A stretch of 64,000 nt of DNA from Eledone cirrhosa (taxonomy: Eukaryota). The translations under genes and the position numbers were made by a program. Under the pieces are notes generated by a model. It was not told the origin of the DNA. It did no database searches and worked only from the letters and a program-made list of their open reading frames with translations. The first letter of the stretch is position 1, and every line of letters begins with the position of its first letter. Where the stretch lies: NCBI GenBank assembly GCA_964016885.1, contig OZ024741.1:377270001-377334000 (forward strand), written 5' to 3'. This document shows, one piece after another, positions 52,251-64,000 of the stretch.

Positions 52251-55200
52251 TGGCCATATTAAGAGGAGGAAGTTTAAATGTTCGCGGCCTGGGGGCCACC
52301 CTGGAAGCAGGGTCGCCTGCTCAACGACCTCCGGTCGCTGGAAATGGATGTGATTGCCGTAAGCGAGACCAGACTTTCCGACACGCGCGTTCTAGCCCCC
52401 ATTTTCGACGACTATCAGATCTTCGCATCTGTTAGCTGGCGGGGAATGGGGGGTGAGGTGGAAGTGCTGTTTAGGAAAGGACTGGATATCGAGGAGGGAT
52501 ATTTTTGAAATGAGCACATTTTGCGTGCCAGAAGATTTGCTTATGGTCCGAATGTCACTCAATTCCTTCAAAGAAATTCGAGAGAGCTTTCCTCAAGACG
52601 TGGGAACCCCGAATGTGAAACCCACATCCAGATTTTTAAAGGGGTTCCCAAAAGAAACCCCACCAACCATGGAGGTCGAACCACCCGACCTTCACAAGAC
52701 CCGGACGGTAAGTTGGTGGTCTTGGATGTGAGCACTAGCGAAGGTGGTGCCTTTAGACTGCTGGCCGTCTACGCCCCTACAGGGGCCGGACAACCTGACT
52801 TCTTTAGGCGCCTGGAGACCTTTCTAGGTACGTCTCGCCCTTTACTGGTTGCGGGGGACTGGAATGGCATCTTAGACGCACGCTGGGATTGTGTGGGAGT
52901 AGCCAATAGGAGCGGGGGATGCAAAAGCCTCAAGCACCTACTCAGCCGGTTCCAACTGTCTGACAGGTATCGACTAGATTTCCCCAATGTGCCAGTATGG
53001 ACATGGACCAACCGAATGGGGTCATCTAGATCGTATATAGACAAGATCTTCATTAGGACAATAGATAGAAATAGTGTGGGCTGTCCACTTTTTAAAACGG
53101 TCGCCTATTCAGATCACACATTTGTTATCTGCACGGTCGACCTAAATAAAACGCGTTGGTTAGGACCGGGTTTCTGGAAGCTGAACATGTCATTTCCGGC
53201 ACGTAAGGCTTACAGGGACCGAGTCAACAATTTAGTTAAGCAAAAGTTGACAGGGGGGATCATCAACAACAGATGGTGGGTGGCTCTCAAAAGAGAGATT
53301 AGAGTAACTTCGATAGAGTTCAGCAAAGAACTAGCGTTAGACAAAAATAGAAAGGAGGGGGAGCTGGTAGATAAGTTAGACGAGGCTATTTGTAGTGGCA
53401 TAACAATTGACGTGCTAGCGGCGAGAATGGCATTAGACCATTTCTTCAATGCCAAACACGAAGGTTGCATTGTCAGAGATAAGGCGCGTGCGCTGAGAAA
53501 CGAGGGAACTAAAGCTGTTCGATGGGCCCACGTGGCGGAGGCGCAGCGTGGTAATAAAACCACAATTCGGTCTTTGGCGGACCGAGATGGACACGAGATA
53601 AGCGATTCCAAGCGGATGTGTGAGGCCTTTCGCCAGCACTTTGCTCGATTGTTCAGGGAGAGTGGCGAGTCAGAGAGAGTAGCGGATTTCAGTCCCTACT
53701 GTGACGGCTTGCTGCGCATCTCGATTACTTCAGCCGAAATTCAGGACGCCCTTGTCGGCTGCATGAGGCGCAAGTCACCCGGTTTGGATGGCCTGCCCTA
53801 CGAGCTTTACGTAAATATGCCAGACTTGTTCTTCGAACTCCTCGAAGCACTCTACTGCAACTGGCAGCAGAATGGGAGTATTCCCAGTTCTGTGAGCAGG
53901 GTAGTGGTGACGCTGATAAGGAAAGACGAGAACAAGAGGGATACATTAGACAACTTCAGGCGCATAACTCTGCTCAACACAGAGTTTAAGATTTTGGCCA
54001 AGGTGTTAGCAAAGAGATTGGCGCTTGTCGTCGAGGATTTGGTTGGGGAGGCCCAAACTTGCGCAATCCCAGCCAGGTCCATACACGACAATCTCCACCT
54101 CATGCGATACATCATAGAGAGGGTAGGGTGTAAATCTGGCTTCGGTGGGGCACTGATCAATTTAGATCAATCGAAAGCATTCGATAGGGTCGACCATCGG
54201 TATCTGGAGTTTGTCTTCAAAGCAGCTGTCTTCGGCCCTGTCTTTAGAAGCTGGATCGTTGCAATGCACAGCGGCACACGCTCGGTGGTCAAGGTTAATG
54301 GCCACCTCTCGGAACCATTTCGGCTCTCCTGATCGGTCCGTTCTGTACGTATTGACTATCGAGCTTTTACTGCCCCCGTCCGCGCCTCGTCAAGTTGGAA
54401 CGGCTCCTCTTCAAATTCTTGTGGAGGGGACAAGTTCCGTTGGTGAGGCGGTCCCTCTGCTGCCAGCACCCTCTACGCGGAGGGCTGGGCTTGCCGTGGC
54501 TAAGGATGCGCAGACATGCGTTGAGGCTGCTACATCTCCAGATATTCTGCCTCAATGGTGAACAGGTGTGGTCGCCGTTTATCAGACGGGCCTTTCCGCA
54601 GCTCATTTCTTTGACTGAGCTGCATTCCTGGGTCAAGAAGAGACCGAGACTGGGTGACTGGCACCTGGAACGTTGCCAGGCACTCACTGCCCTCTACCAA
54701 GTGGGCAATGCAATCAGTGGAACTTCCACTCTCGAGTTCTATAGAGGATTAGTGGTGGGCAAGTGCGATGACGCATTCTGAGAATCTTTGGGCCTCGAGG
54801 AAGTCGAACTGACCAGTCTGTACAGGAGGACGTTTGAGCCGGGGACTATGGACAATTTCCAGATATCCCTCGCTTGGCAGTGCTACCGGGGGGGGGGGGG
54901 CACTGCCGGTTCGGGATAAACTCTACAGGCACGGAAGTGCTGTCAGACGGACCTGCCCAAGATGCGCACAGAACGACGAAACCGTTCTGCACGCACTTGT
55001 CCAATGCCCGTGCATTACTGACTTGTGGAGTTATGTCGAACAGCTACTGTCGCGTGTGGAACGAATCCGGCTATCGGCCGAGTCCATAGTGAAGATCGAT
55101 CCACCGCCTTCCTTAGGTCAGGAAGAGCAGGAAATGTTCCTCTGTCTGGTGGCAGTTGCGAAAGAGATTATATGGTGGACCAGGTTGAAAGGACTAAAGA

Positions 55201-55352
55201 CAGACAATTTTCTCTTCGGCCAATCCCTCATCAACCTCTTGGAAGGTGAGGGTGGAGAGAGAAGAGCAGCCCCCCAGTACATTTGCTAAAAGGTGGGTGA
55301 ATGTTGCGAGAATGGCTCGTGTGAATGGGCCTGCTCTGACCATGCACCTATA
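52250..55352 (+). pseudogene. ORF2 (APE-RT) of Tx1-like element B, disrupted
   Basis: MAILRGGSLNVRGL, VIAVSET, AGDWN, YIDKIF, YSDH, KSPGLDGLP, LDQSKAFDRVDH. The QGCPLS/YADD region is deleted near 54340-54370. C-terminal CPRC..HALVQC. Confidence 0.9.
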
Positions 55353-55647
55353 GGCTAGCTTACTTGAGGAGAGGGGTGCTCTCCCTGGGTGCCCTAGAAG
55401 CGCAGGGTGGTTCAGGATTGGTGGGGTACCCGAATCACCCCAGGGTCGTCCACCCCCTATCGGAGAATTTATTTCGTTATATTTATGCATAGTTTATTCT
55501 ATATTTTCATTGTTAAATTAGTCTTGCCATTGTGCACTTTTACTCAACCTTATTGTAAACCCCCACTGTCCCTGTCTTTGTATTGTCCCCTACATGTCTG
55601 CCCTTGTGGCTAATAAATGAAATCATTATTATTATTATTATTATTAC

Positions 55648-58135
55648 AGTTGCATTTATCTTGCTTTATGTTCATACGAGTTATCACCAAGTCACAACCA
55701 GTGACCTCAAGAGACAACAAGGTCCGCCATGTTCAAGAAAGAACATACATACTCACACATGCATCTTTAGTGTTTAGACTTGTGATGTACTTATTATATT
55801 GACAGAATCTTACTTGGTATATGGGCAGTTTCCATTCGAACTATCTTTTGTATTTCTCCTATACGCGGGTTTCCTGGGATTTGCGATAAGTAATCATTAG
55901 ACCCCTTAGGTATCATTCCCAGATCGCCCACAACCACTCGTATTGTTTTAGTTCTCAATTTCCACATTTTTCCAATTTCTATCTCCAGGTCCTTATACTT
56001 GCTCAATTTTTCAAATGCTTTTATAGATACATTCTTGTCTATTGGAACGGACATATCAATTAGCAGGCATACCCTCTTTTTAAAGTCCTTCAATATTATA
56101 TCAGGTCTATTTGCATCTATTTTTCGGTCTGTTTGGATGCTAAAGTTCCACAAGATTGAGATGTGATCTTTTTCAAGTATGGGAGATGGTTGATGTTCCC
56201 ACCAATTCTTTTGATGGGGCAGGTGAAAATGCTTACACATTATCCAATGTATGTATTGTGCAGCTCTGTCATGCCTGTTTAGGTATTCGGTGGGAGCTAT
56301 ATTGAAATTATATGGTCAATGGTCTCTGGTTGTTTTTTGCACACTGGTCATAATGGGCTGCATCCATTTTTTATTATGTTGGCTTGGTAATTTTTTGTTG
56401 GCAGACACTGATCTTGTGCTCATATAATCAGTCCTTCAGTCTCCGATTTCAGTCCAGAGGATGCCAACCACTGATGGGTTAAAGTTTTGTCAACATCAGG
56501 ATTGTTAGCTCGTTCTGGGTATTTTCCATACAGAGGCTTTTCTTGCCGTTTCTTAGCCAGTTTCTGTAGCAGTTCTTTCTTTGCAGTTACTTTTACCTGC
56601 TTAGCTTTTTCTGTGTTTTCCATTTCAGCAGTAAATGGGACTTCTGAAATGAGTAGTCCATTACTGTATCTTTGTGCATCTTCTGTAATGGTATATGATC
56701 TTGTGATGCTTTCGTGTTTCAAAACGAGTTTGATCATCCAATCATGTGATTCCCTTAGATAAGTAGTAATCCAATTGTTGCAGTTTTCAACGCAATGTCT
56801 AACTGGACTAACCCACGTCCTCCTTCTTTCCTAGGGAGATATATTCTATCTATATCTGCCTTAGGGTGATGCATTCTGTGCATGGTTAAGAATTTTCTCT
56901 GTGCTTGACCAGTTGATGACATTGTAACTGTAGGTTACTACTGGTATGGCAAGCGTGTTTATGGCATCGATCCTATTCCTTGCATTCAATTCCGTCCTTA
57001 AGATCGCTCTGACTCTGCGGTAACATTCCTTCCTTATCCTTTCCCTCATTGTCGAGTGATTGATTCCGTCTCCTTCACAAACACCTAGATATTTGTAAGT
57101 TTTTTCTTGATCAAGTTCTCTTATCACGTTCCCCCGATCAAGATTAATGTCTGAACTGTTCAGCAGCTTTCCTCTGGTGAACGTTGCTTTGGCGCATTTA
57201 TCTAGTGCAAACTCCATTTTAATGTCATCACTGAACTGCTCCACAGTGGATAATAGATCTTGCAATTGTTAATCATTTTTTGCAAATAGTTTCAGGTCAT
57301 CCATGTAGAACAAGTGATTAATGGTTTTGTCATAGACTCTATATCCATGTTTTGTTTCATTGAGCATTTTACTTAATGGTATAAGTGCGATGCAGAATAA
57401 AAGCGGTGATAAAGAGTCACCCTGAAAAATTCCACAATTAATATTAACTTCTCCAACTTCCAGTGATTTTGTTTCACTATTCAAAAGGAATGTCGTTTTC
57501 CATGTCTTCATACTGAATGACAAAAACCTCCTGACAACGGGGGATATTTTGAAAATCTCTAAACATTTTTCAATCCAACTGTGTGGCAAACTATCGAATG
57601 CTTTTTTTATAATCTATCCAAGCAATTGATAGATTTTTGTGTCTATTATGACAATCTTCCAGTATCATTTTGTTAACCAAAAGCTGATCCTTAGAGCCAT
57701 ATGAGCCTCGTTTACACCCTTTCTGCTCAATGGGAAATACGTCATTTGTTATTAGGTGGTCATATGTGTATTCAGTTAGGACTGATGTTAAAATGTTATA
57801 CATTGTGGTCAAGCAAGTTATCGGTCTGTAATTTTTGGGATTGTTTGTCTCATCATTCTTCGGAAGCAGGAATGTAATGTCGTTAGCTAGCCATGATGGT
57901 ATCTTTTCTGGCTCCTTAACTATTTCATTGTAAATTTTGGCTAACAGCTCATGAGACTCTGTGAAGGCATTTATCCAAAAATCTTGTATTTTGTCTTTTC
58001 CTAGGGATTTCCATTTGCTGGTTTTTCTTAGAGCCAAGCGCAACTATTCAACTGTTATGTTTTCCCATATTTGTTCCTCAAGGCGAGCTGTATCTTTCAT
58101 TTGTCTGTCTATCCATGGGGCATGTATGTTATGAA
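55648..58135 (-). mobile_element. Divergent R4-clade element (second subfamily), 5'-truncated and decayed
   Basis: [56 protein letters not shown]. Clearly different in sequence from the Dong copies. Confidence 0.92.
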
Positions 58136-58137
58136 CT

Positions 58138-58162
58138 TTTTCTTCTTCTTCTTCTTCTTCTT

Positions 58163-58252
<90 letters not shown>
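58138..58252. repeat. Compound (TTC)n(TTA)n microsatellite
   Basis: Directly visible. Confidence 0.95.
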
Positions 58253-58258
58253 GCCATC

Positions 58259-61200
58259 GTTATTCCTTGAATCTCAGTCATTGATGTTGGTTAACTGGAA
58301 AGTCCGTTGGATTGAATATCAAGCCACTACCTGCAGCCTCAGATATTCAGGACGTATCGGAGGGTTCTTGCCGTTCCAAGCAAGCATGCCTTTTGAAGCG
58401 TTCCAAAAAGCGTGAAGGGGCCGATTTTCTTTAACCATCCCTGGAAACCTTTGGAGATAGTCCCCAGTGCGCCTATGACAATCGGGATCACTTTGACTTC
58501 ATGGCAGTTCCAAATCCTTTTCACCTCCCACTTTAGGTCCTGGTATCGGTTAATTTTCTCCCTCTCCTTCTCTTGCACTCTCGTGTCGAACGGGCAGGCC
58601 ACATCCACAATCAGGCACGATCTTTTTTCTTTGTCCACAACCACCAGGTCAGGTCTATTGTGTTCCAGTTTTTTGTCCGTCTGTATCCTAAAATCCCACA
58701 GCACCTTCACCTGACTGTTCTCCATCACCGCCTCTGGCCTATGCTCATACCATTTCTCAGAATGTGGTAGATTGTTTACTTTGCACAGGTGCCAGTGGAT
58801 CACCCTGCCCATCACATCGTGTCTCCAGCCCTTATAGTGGGTCTGGGCTAGGTGTTTACACTCGGACACAATGTGAGCCACAGTCTCCTCTCTCTCTCCA
58901 CAGATCCTGCACAGTGGGCTAGCCTCCTCCTTGTACATATGGTGCTTCAACCACTTCGTTTTGAGGGCCTGCTCCTGCGCAGCCATTAGCATTCCTTCTG
59001 TAGCCTTTTTGAGGTCTCCTCTTCTCAACCAGTTCCATGTCTGTGGATCTCTAAATTCAGTTTTCTCAAAGAAGGTACTATGAAGGGATTTTCCCTTAAG
59101 GCTGCTCTTCCTCCTTGATGTTATTTCCTCCTTGGGTATCCCCTGGCCTACTGTCCCCTCCTTCAGTACAGCTCTGAGCATTGGCTCCTTACTATAGGTC
59201 ACGTATTTGTATAGGTTGTTTTTCTCCATCTGAACACAGTCCTCTATGCTGATAAGACCTCTTCCACCCTCAGATCTCCTTAGGTAGAGTCTATCGACAT
59301 CACTCCTCTTGTGGAACATGTTGTAGATAGTCAATAGCTTCCTAGTCTTCCTATCCATTTCTTTTTGTTCAGCAACATTCCATCTCAGAATTCCCGCACT
59401 GTACCTAATAATAGACACAGCTCGGGAATTTACTGCGCTTATGGCATTTCTGCTGTTCAGATGTGACTTCAATACGCTCCTTACTCTCCGAATGTATTCA
59501 GTTCTTAACAATTCCTTCATTTTTTTGTTCTTTATGCCATCAGCCTCCAGAACGCCCAAATACTTGTATCCTTCCTCAGAGTCAATTTCCTTTATCATCT
59601 CACCTGTTGGTATCTGGATCCCGTTACTTCTGCTCAACCTACCCCTCCTCATCACAATGACTCCACATTTACCAATACCAAACTGCATACATATATCACT
59701 GTTGAAAATACGGACAGTGTCAACAAGCACATCCAACTCCTTCTCACTTTTCCCGAAGAGCTTAAGATCGTCCATGAAGAGGAGGTGATTGATGGTAAGC
59801 TCTCCCCTTCCCAACTTGTATCCTGCTCTCACTTTTCGCAGCATAATGGTCAAGGGCATCAGGGCAAGGACAAACAACAGAGGGGACAGGCTATCTCCCT
59901 GGAAGATACCTCTCTTGATCTTCACGCTTCCCAAGGATACTCCAGTTGATGTCAACTCTGTCTCCCAGGACCCCATACTCCTGCCCAGCAACTGTCTGAT
60001 GTTATCTGCCACCCTGAAGATCTCCAGGCTTTTGGTGATCCAGGAATGAGGCACCATGTCAAATGCCTTTCTGGAGTCTATCCATCCCATGGCAAGATCA
60101 GTGTGTCTCCTCCTGCAATTCCCCATTACCATCTAATCAATAAGCAACTGGTCCTTTTTACCACGTGACTTCTTTCGGCATCCTTTCTGTTCGTCCGGCA
60201 ACAAGTTGTTTGTGTGGAGGTGATGGTAGATTTCCTCAGACACAATGCTCGTCAACAGTTTCCACATTACGGGCAGACATGTGATAGGTCTATAGTTGGT
60301 AACATCATTACCCTTGATTCGGTCTTTCATTATCAGAACTGTGGTACCTTTTGTCAACCACTCTGGCACCTCACCCGACACTAAGCAGTCATTGAACATG
60401 GCCGTCAGCTTCGGGTGGAGGGATGTTAAATGTTTAATCCAATACCCCTGCACACCATCTGGGCCTGGTGATTTCCAGTTGGTTAGTTTTTTGGCTTGCC
60501 CCTTAAGAGTTTCAACTGTGATACTCAAATCAGTCTGTTGCTGTGCCTGCTCACCGATCTCCCTCTGTACTGTCTCAATCCACCCTGCCTGGGCATTGTG
60601 TCTAACATCCTGCTCCCATATTCCTCTCCAGAATGTTTTAGCTTGTTCCGCCCCAGGGATCAAGTCGGTGCCTCTTTCTTTCCCCTCAAGCTGTCCAAAC
60701 AGCATCTTCTGGTTGTTGTCGAACATGCGGTTCTGTTTATACTGACTGACTCTGTTCTCGTATCGCCTGATTTTGGCACTCTTTGCTACAATGCGTTGCT
60801 TCAATTCCTCTATGATAATATTTAGCTTTTTACTCCTAGTTTTGTATTTTATTTCCAGTCTATTTTTAGTGCCTATGTTTTTTAGTGTCCCATTCAGTAG
60901 TGACTCAAGCTTTCCTATGTCATTTCTCATTTCCCCGATTTGCCCACTCAGTCGCTTCTTCCACCACGGCTCTGCTCTTTCTTGTCTGTTGTTTCCTCTC
61001 GCTTTTATACCAAGTAGTTTCCTCACCGTATTTGCTGTTGCTTTGAGGATATTGTTGCACTGGTGAAGACTCCTCGCCTCAAGGTATGGGATGACTTTGT
61101 TTACCTTAGCTGTTGTTTCTTTTAACTTTTTCCTGTCTACAAATCTTAGGTTCATAGGTCTCCCACTATCATTGTTCAACTCATCTACCACTAAATTTAG

Positions 61201-61376
61201 GATGTCAACCGAATCTTGTCCTAGCCCGTCAGCATTCATCTCCTCAGTGGCCGTATCTCTGTTCCAGGTATTATTTATCTCAGTATTCAGATCATTGTCT
61301 GCTTCGGGTGGTTCCTCCGCTCTCAGGACCTCCTCACCTTCATTTCCCGCCGGCTCGCTTGTCTGGCATACTACAC

Positions 61377-61378
<2 letters not shown>
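58259..61378 (-). mobile_element. R4/Dong-clade element, young 5'-truncated copy with one nonsense codon
   Basis: ORFs 60133-61239 and 58339-60132 are in frame, split by TAG at 60133-60135, and nearly identical to 45503-48892. Confidence 0.96.
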
Positions 61379-61436
<58 letters not shown>

Positions 61437-61440
61437 TGTT

Positions 61441-64000
61441 GTTATTCCTTGAATCTCAGTCATTGATGTTGGTTAACTGGAAAGTCCGTTGGAATGAATA
61501 TCAAGCCACTACCTGCAGCCTCAGATATTCAGGACGTATCGGAGGGTTATTGCTGTTCCCAGCAAGCATGCCTTTTGAAGCGTTCCAAAAAGCGTGAAGG
61601 GGCCGATTTTCTTTAACCATCCCTGGAAACCTTTGGAGATAGTCCCCAGTGCGCCTATGACAATCGGGATCACTTTGACTTCATGGCAGTTCCAAATCCT
61701 TTTCACCTCCCACTTTAGGTCCTGGTATCGGTTAATTTTCTCCCTCTCCTCTTGCACTCTCGTGTCGAAAGGGCAGGCCACGTCCACAATCAGACACGAT
61801 CTTTTTTCTTTGTCCACAACCACCAGGTCAGGTCTATTGTGTTCCAGTTTTTTGTCCGTCTGTATCCTAAAATCCCACAGCACCTTCACCTGATTGTTCT
61901 CCATCACCGCCTCTGGCCTATGCTCATACCATTTCTCAGAATGTGGTAAATTGTTTACTTTGCACAGGTGCCAGTGGATCACCCTGCCCATCACATCGTG
62001 TCTCCAGCCCTTATAGTGGGTCTGGGCTAGGTGTTTACACTCGGACACAATGTGAGCCACAGTCTCCTCTCTCTCTCCACAGATCCTGCACAGTGGGCTA
62101 GCCTCCTCCTTGTAGATATGGTGCTTCAACCACTTCGTTTTGAGGGCCTGCTCCTGCGCAGCCATTAGCATTCCTTCTGTAGGCTTTTTGAGGTCTCCTC
62201 TTCTCAACCAGTTCCATGTCTGTGGATCTCTAAATTCAGTTTTCTCAAAGAAGGTACTATAAAGGGATTTTCCCTTAAGGCTGCTCTTCCTCCTTGATGT
62301 TATTTCCTCCTTGGACATCCCCTGGCCTACTGTCCCCTCCTTGAGTACACTTCTGAGCATTGGCTCCTTACTATAGGTCACGTATTTGTATAGGTTGTTT
62401 TTCTCCATCTGAACACAGTCCTCTATGCTGATAAGACCTCTTCCACCCTCAGATCTCCTTAGGTAGAGTCTATCGACATCACTCCTCTTGTGGAACATGT
62501 TGTAGATAGTCAATAGCTTCCTAGTCTTCCTATCCATTTCTTTTTGTTCAGCAACATTCCATCTCAGAATTCCCGCACTGTACCTAATAATAGACACAGC
62601 TCGGGAATTTACTGCGCTTATGGCATTTCTGCTGTTCAGATGTGACTTCAATACGCTCCTTACTCTCCGAATGTATTCAGTTCTTAACAATTCCTTCATT
62701 TTTTTGTTCTTTATGCCATCAGCCTCCAGAACGCCCAAATACTTGTATCCTTCCTCAGAGTCAATTTCCTTTATCATCTCACCTGTTGGTATCTGGATCC
62801 CGTTACTTCTGCTCAACCTACCCCTCTTCATCACAATGACTCCACATTTACCAATACCAAACTGCATACATATATCACTGCTGAAAATACGGACAGTGTC
62901 AACAAGCACATCCAACTCCTTCTCACTTTTCCCGAAGAGCTTAAGATCGTCCATGAAGAGGAGGTGATTGATGGTAAGCTCTCCCCTTCCCAACTTGTAT
63001 CCTGCTCTCACTTTTCGCAGCATAATGGTCAAGGGCATCAGGGCAAGGACAAACAACAGAGGGGACAGGTTATCTCCCTGGAAGATACCTCTCTTGATCT
63101 TCACGCTTCCCAAGGATACTCCAGTTGATGTCAACTCTGTCTCCCAGGACCCCATACTCCTGCCCAGCAACTGTCTGATGTTATCTGCCACCCTGAAGAT
63201 CTCCAGGCTTTTGGTGATCCAGGAATGAGGTACCATGTCAAATGCCTTTCTGTAGTCTATCCATCCCATGGCAAGATCAGTGTGTCTCCTCCTGCAATTC
63301 CCCATTACCATCTTATCAATAAGTAACTGGTCCTTTTTACCACGTGACTTCTTTCGGCATCCTTTCTGTTCGTCCGGTAACAAGTTGTTTGTGTGGAGGT
63401 GATGGTAGATTTCCTCAGACACAATGCTCGTCAACAGTTTCCACATTACGGACAGACATGTGATAGGTCTATAGTTGGTAACATCATTACCCTTGATTCG
63501 GTCTTTCATTATCAGAACTGTGGTACCTTTTGTCAACCACTCTGGCACCTCACCCGACACCAAGCAGTCATTGAACATGGCCGTCAGCTTCGGGTGGAGG
63601 GATGTTAAATGTTTAATCCAATACCCCTGCACACCATCTGGGCCTGGTGATTTCCAGTTGGTTAGTTTTTTGGCCTGCCCCTTAAGAGTTTCAACTGTGA
63701 TACTCAAATCAGTTTGTTGTTGTGCCTGCTCACCGATCTCCCTCTGTACTGTCTCAATCCACCCTGCCTGGGCATTGTGTCTAACATCCTGCTCCCACAT
63801 TCCTCTCCAGAATGTTTTAGTTTGCTCCGCCCCAGGGATCAAGTCGTTGCCTCTTTCTTTCCCCTCAAGCTCTCCAAACAGCATCTTCTGGTTGTTGTCG
63901 AACATGCGGTTCTGTTTATACTGACTGACTCTGTTCTCGTATCGCCTGATTTTTGCACTCTTTGCTACAATGCGTTGCTTCAGTTCCTCTATGATAATAT
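61441..64000 (-). mobile_element. R4/Dong-clade element, young copy running off the window end
   Basis: Nearly identical to 45421-47980; preceded on the plus strand by (TTA)n 61379-61436. Confidence 0.96.
61521..63905 (-). CDS. R4/Dong polyprotein, partial (frame continues past the window edge)
   Basis: 794 aa open with RT, CCHC and REL motifs. Confidence 0.88.
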   Translation of the reverse strand: MFDNNQKMLFGELEGKERGNDLIPGAEQTKTFWRGMWEQDVRHNAQAGWIETVQREIGEQAQQQTDLSITVETLKGQAKKLTNWKSPGPDGVQGYWIKHLTSLHPKLTAMFNDCLVSGEVPEWLTKGTTVLIMKDRIKGNDVTNYRPITCLSVMWKLLTSIVSEEIYHHLHTNNLLPDEQKGCRKKSRGKKDQLLIDKMVMGNCRRRHTDLAMGWIDYRKAFDMVPHSWITKSLEIFRVADNIRQLLGRSMGSWETELTSTGVSLGSVKIKRGIFQGDNLSPLLFVLALMPLTIMLRKVRAGYKLGRGELTINHLLFMDDLKLFGKSEKELDVLVDTVRIFSSDICMQFGIGKCGVIVMKRGRLSRSNGIQIPTGEMIKEIDSEEGYKYLGVLEADGIKNKKMKELLRTEYIRRVRSVLKSHLNSRNAISAVNSRAVSIIRYSAGILRWNVAEQKEMDRKTRKLLTIYNMFHKRSDVDRLYLRRSEGGRGLISIEDCVQMEKNNLYKYVTYSKEPMLRSVLKEGTVGQGMSKEEITSRRKSSLKGKSLYSTFFEKTEFRDPQTWNWLRRGDLKKPTEGMLMAAQEQALKTKWLKHHIYKEEASPLCRICGEREETVAHIVSECKHLAQTHYKGWRHDVMGRVIHWHLCKVNNLPHSEKWYEHRPEAVMENNQVKVLWDFRIQTDKKLEHNRPDLVVVDKEKRSCLIVDVACPFDTRVQEEREKINRYQDLKWEVKRIWNCHEVKVIPIVIGALGTISKGFQGWLKKIGPFTLFGTLQKACLLGTAITLRYVLNI

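Larger units (their letters stand above)
50031..55624 (+). mobile_element. L1/Tx1-like LINE, subfamily B, full length but defective
   Basis: Flanked by (TTA)n on both sides. ORF1 50352-~52250 with one frameshift; ORF2 APE-RT fragments; 3' end cccttgtggctaataaatgaaatc(att)n. Confidence 0.93.

Overview
Eukaryotic, AT-rich, repeat-dominated DNA, most likely octopus/cephalopod (inferred from the SINE families). No host protein-coding gene can be confidently identified. Main contents: (1) a ~33 kb block (30.5-64 kb) built almost entirely of non-LTR retrotransposons nested in (TAA/TTA)n tracts. These are R4/Dong-clade RT+restriction-like-endonuclease elements (one with an intact 1129-aa ORF) and L1/Tx1-like APE-RT elements, and each family has a fixed, opposite orientation relative to the microsatellite strand. 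(2) A decayed full-length Naiad-type Penelope-like element with inverted and direct pseudo-LTRs, plus a second GIY-YIG fragment. (3) tRNA-derived SINEs whose 3' tail resembles the Tx1-like 3' end. (4) Several non-coding elements next to TA/CA/GA microsatellites that carry type I hammerhead ribozymes. The highlight is two unrelated families with a compensatory U3-A8 catalytic-core variant (UUGANAA instead of CUGANGA). One is a ~320-nt tandem retrozyme-like unit with covariation in all three stems; the other is a ~890-bp palindrome with a hammerhead on each strand. All structures were read by eye, and boundaries are approximate.
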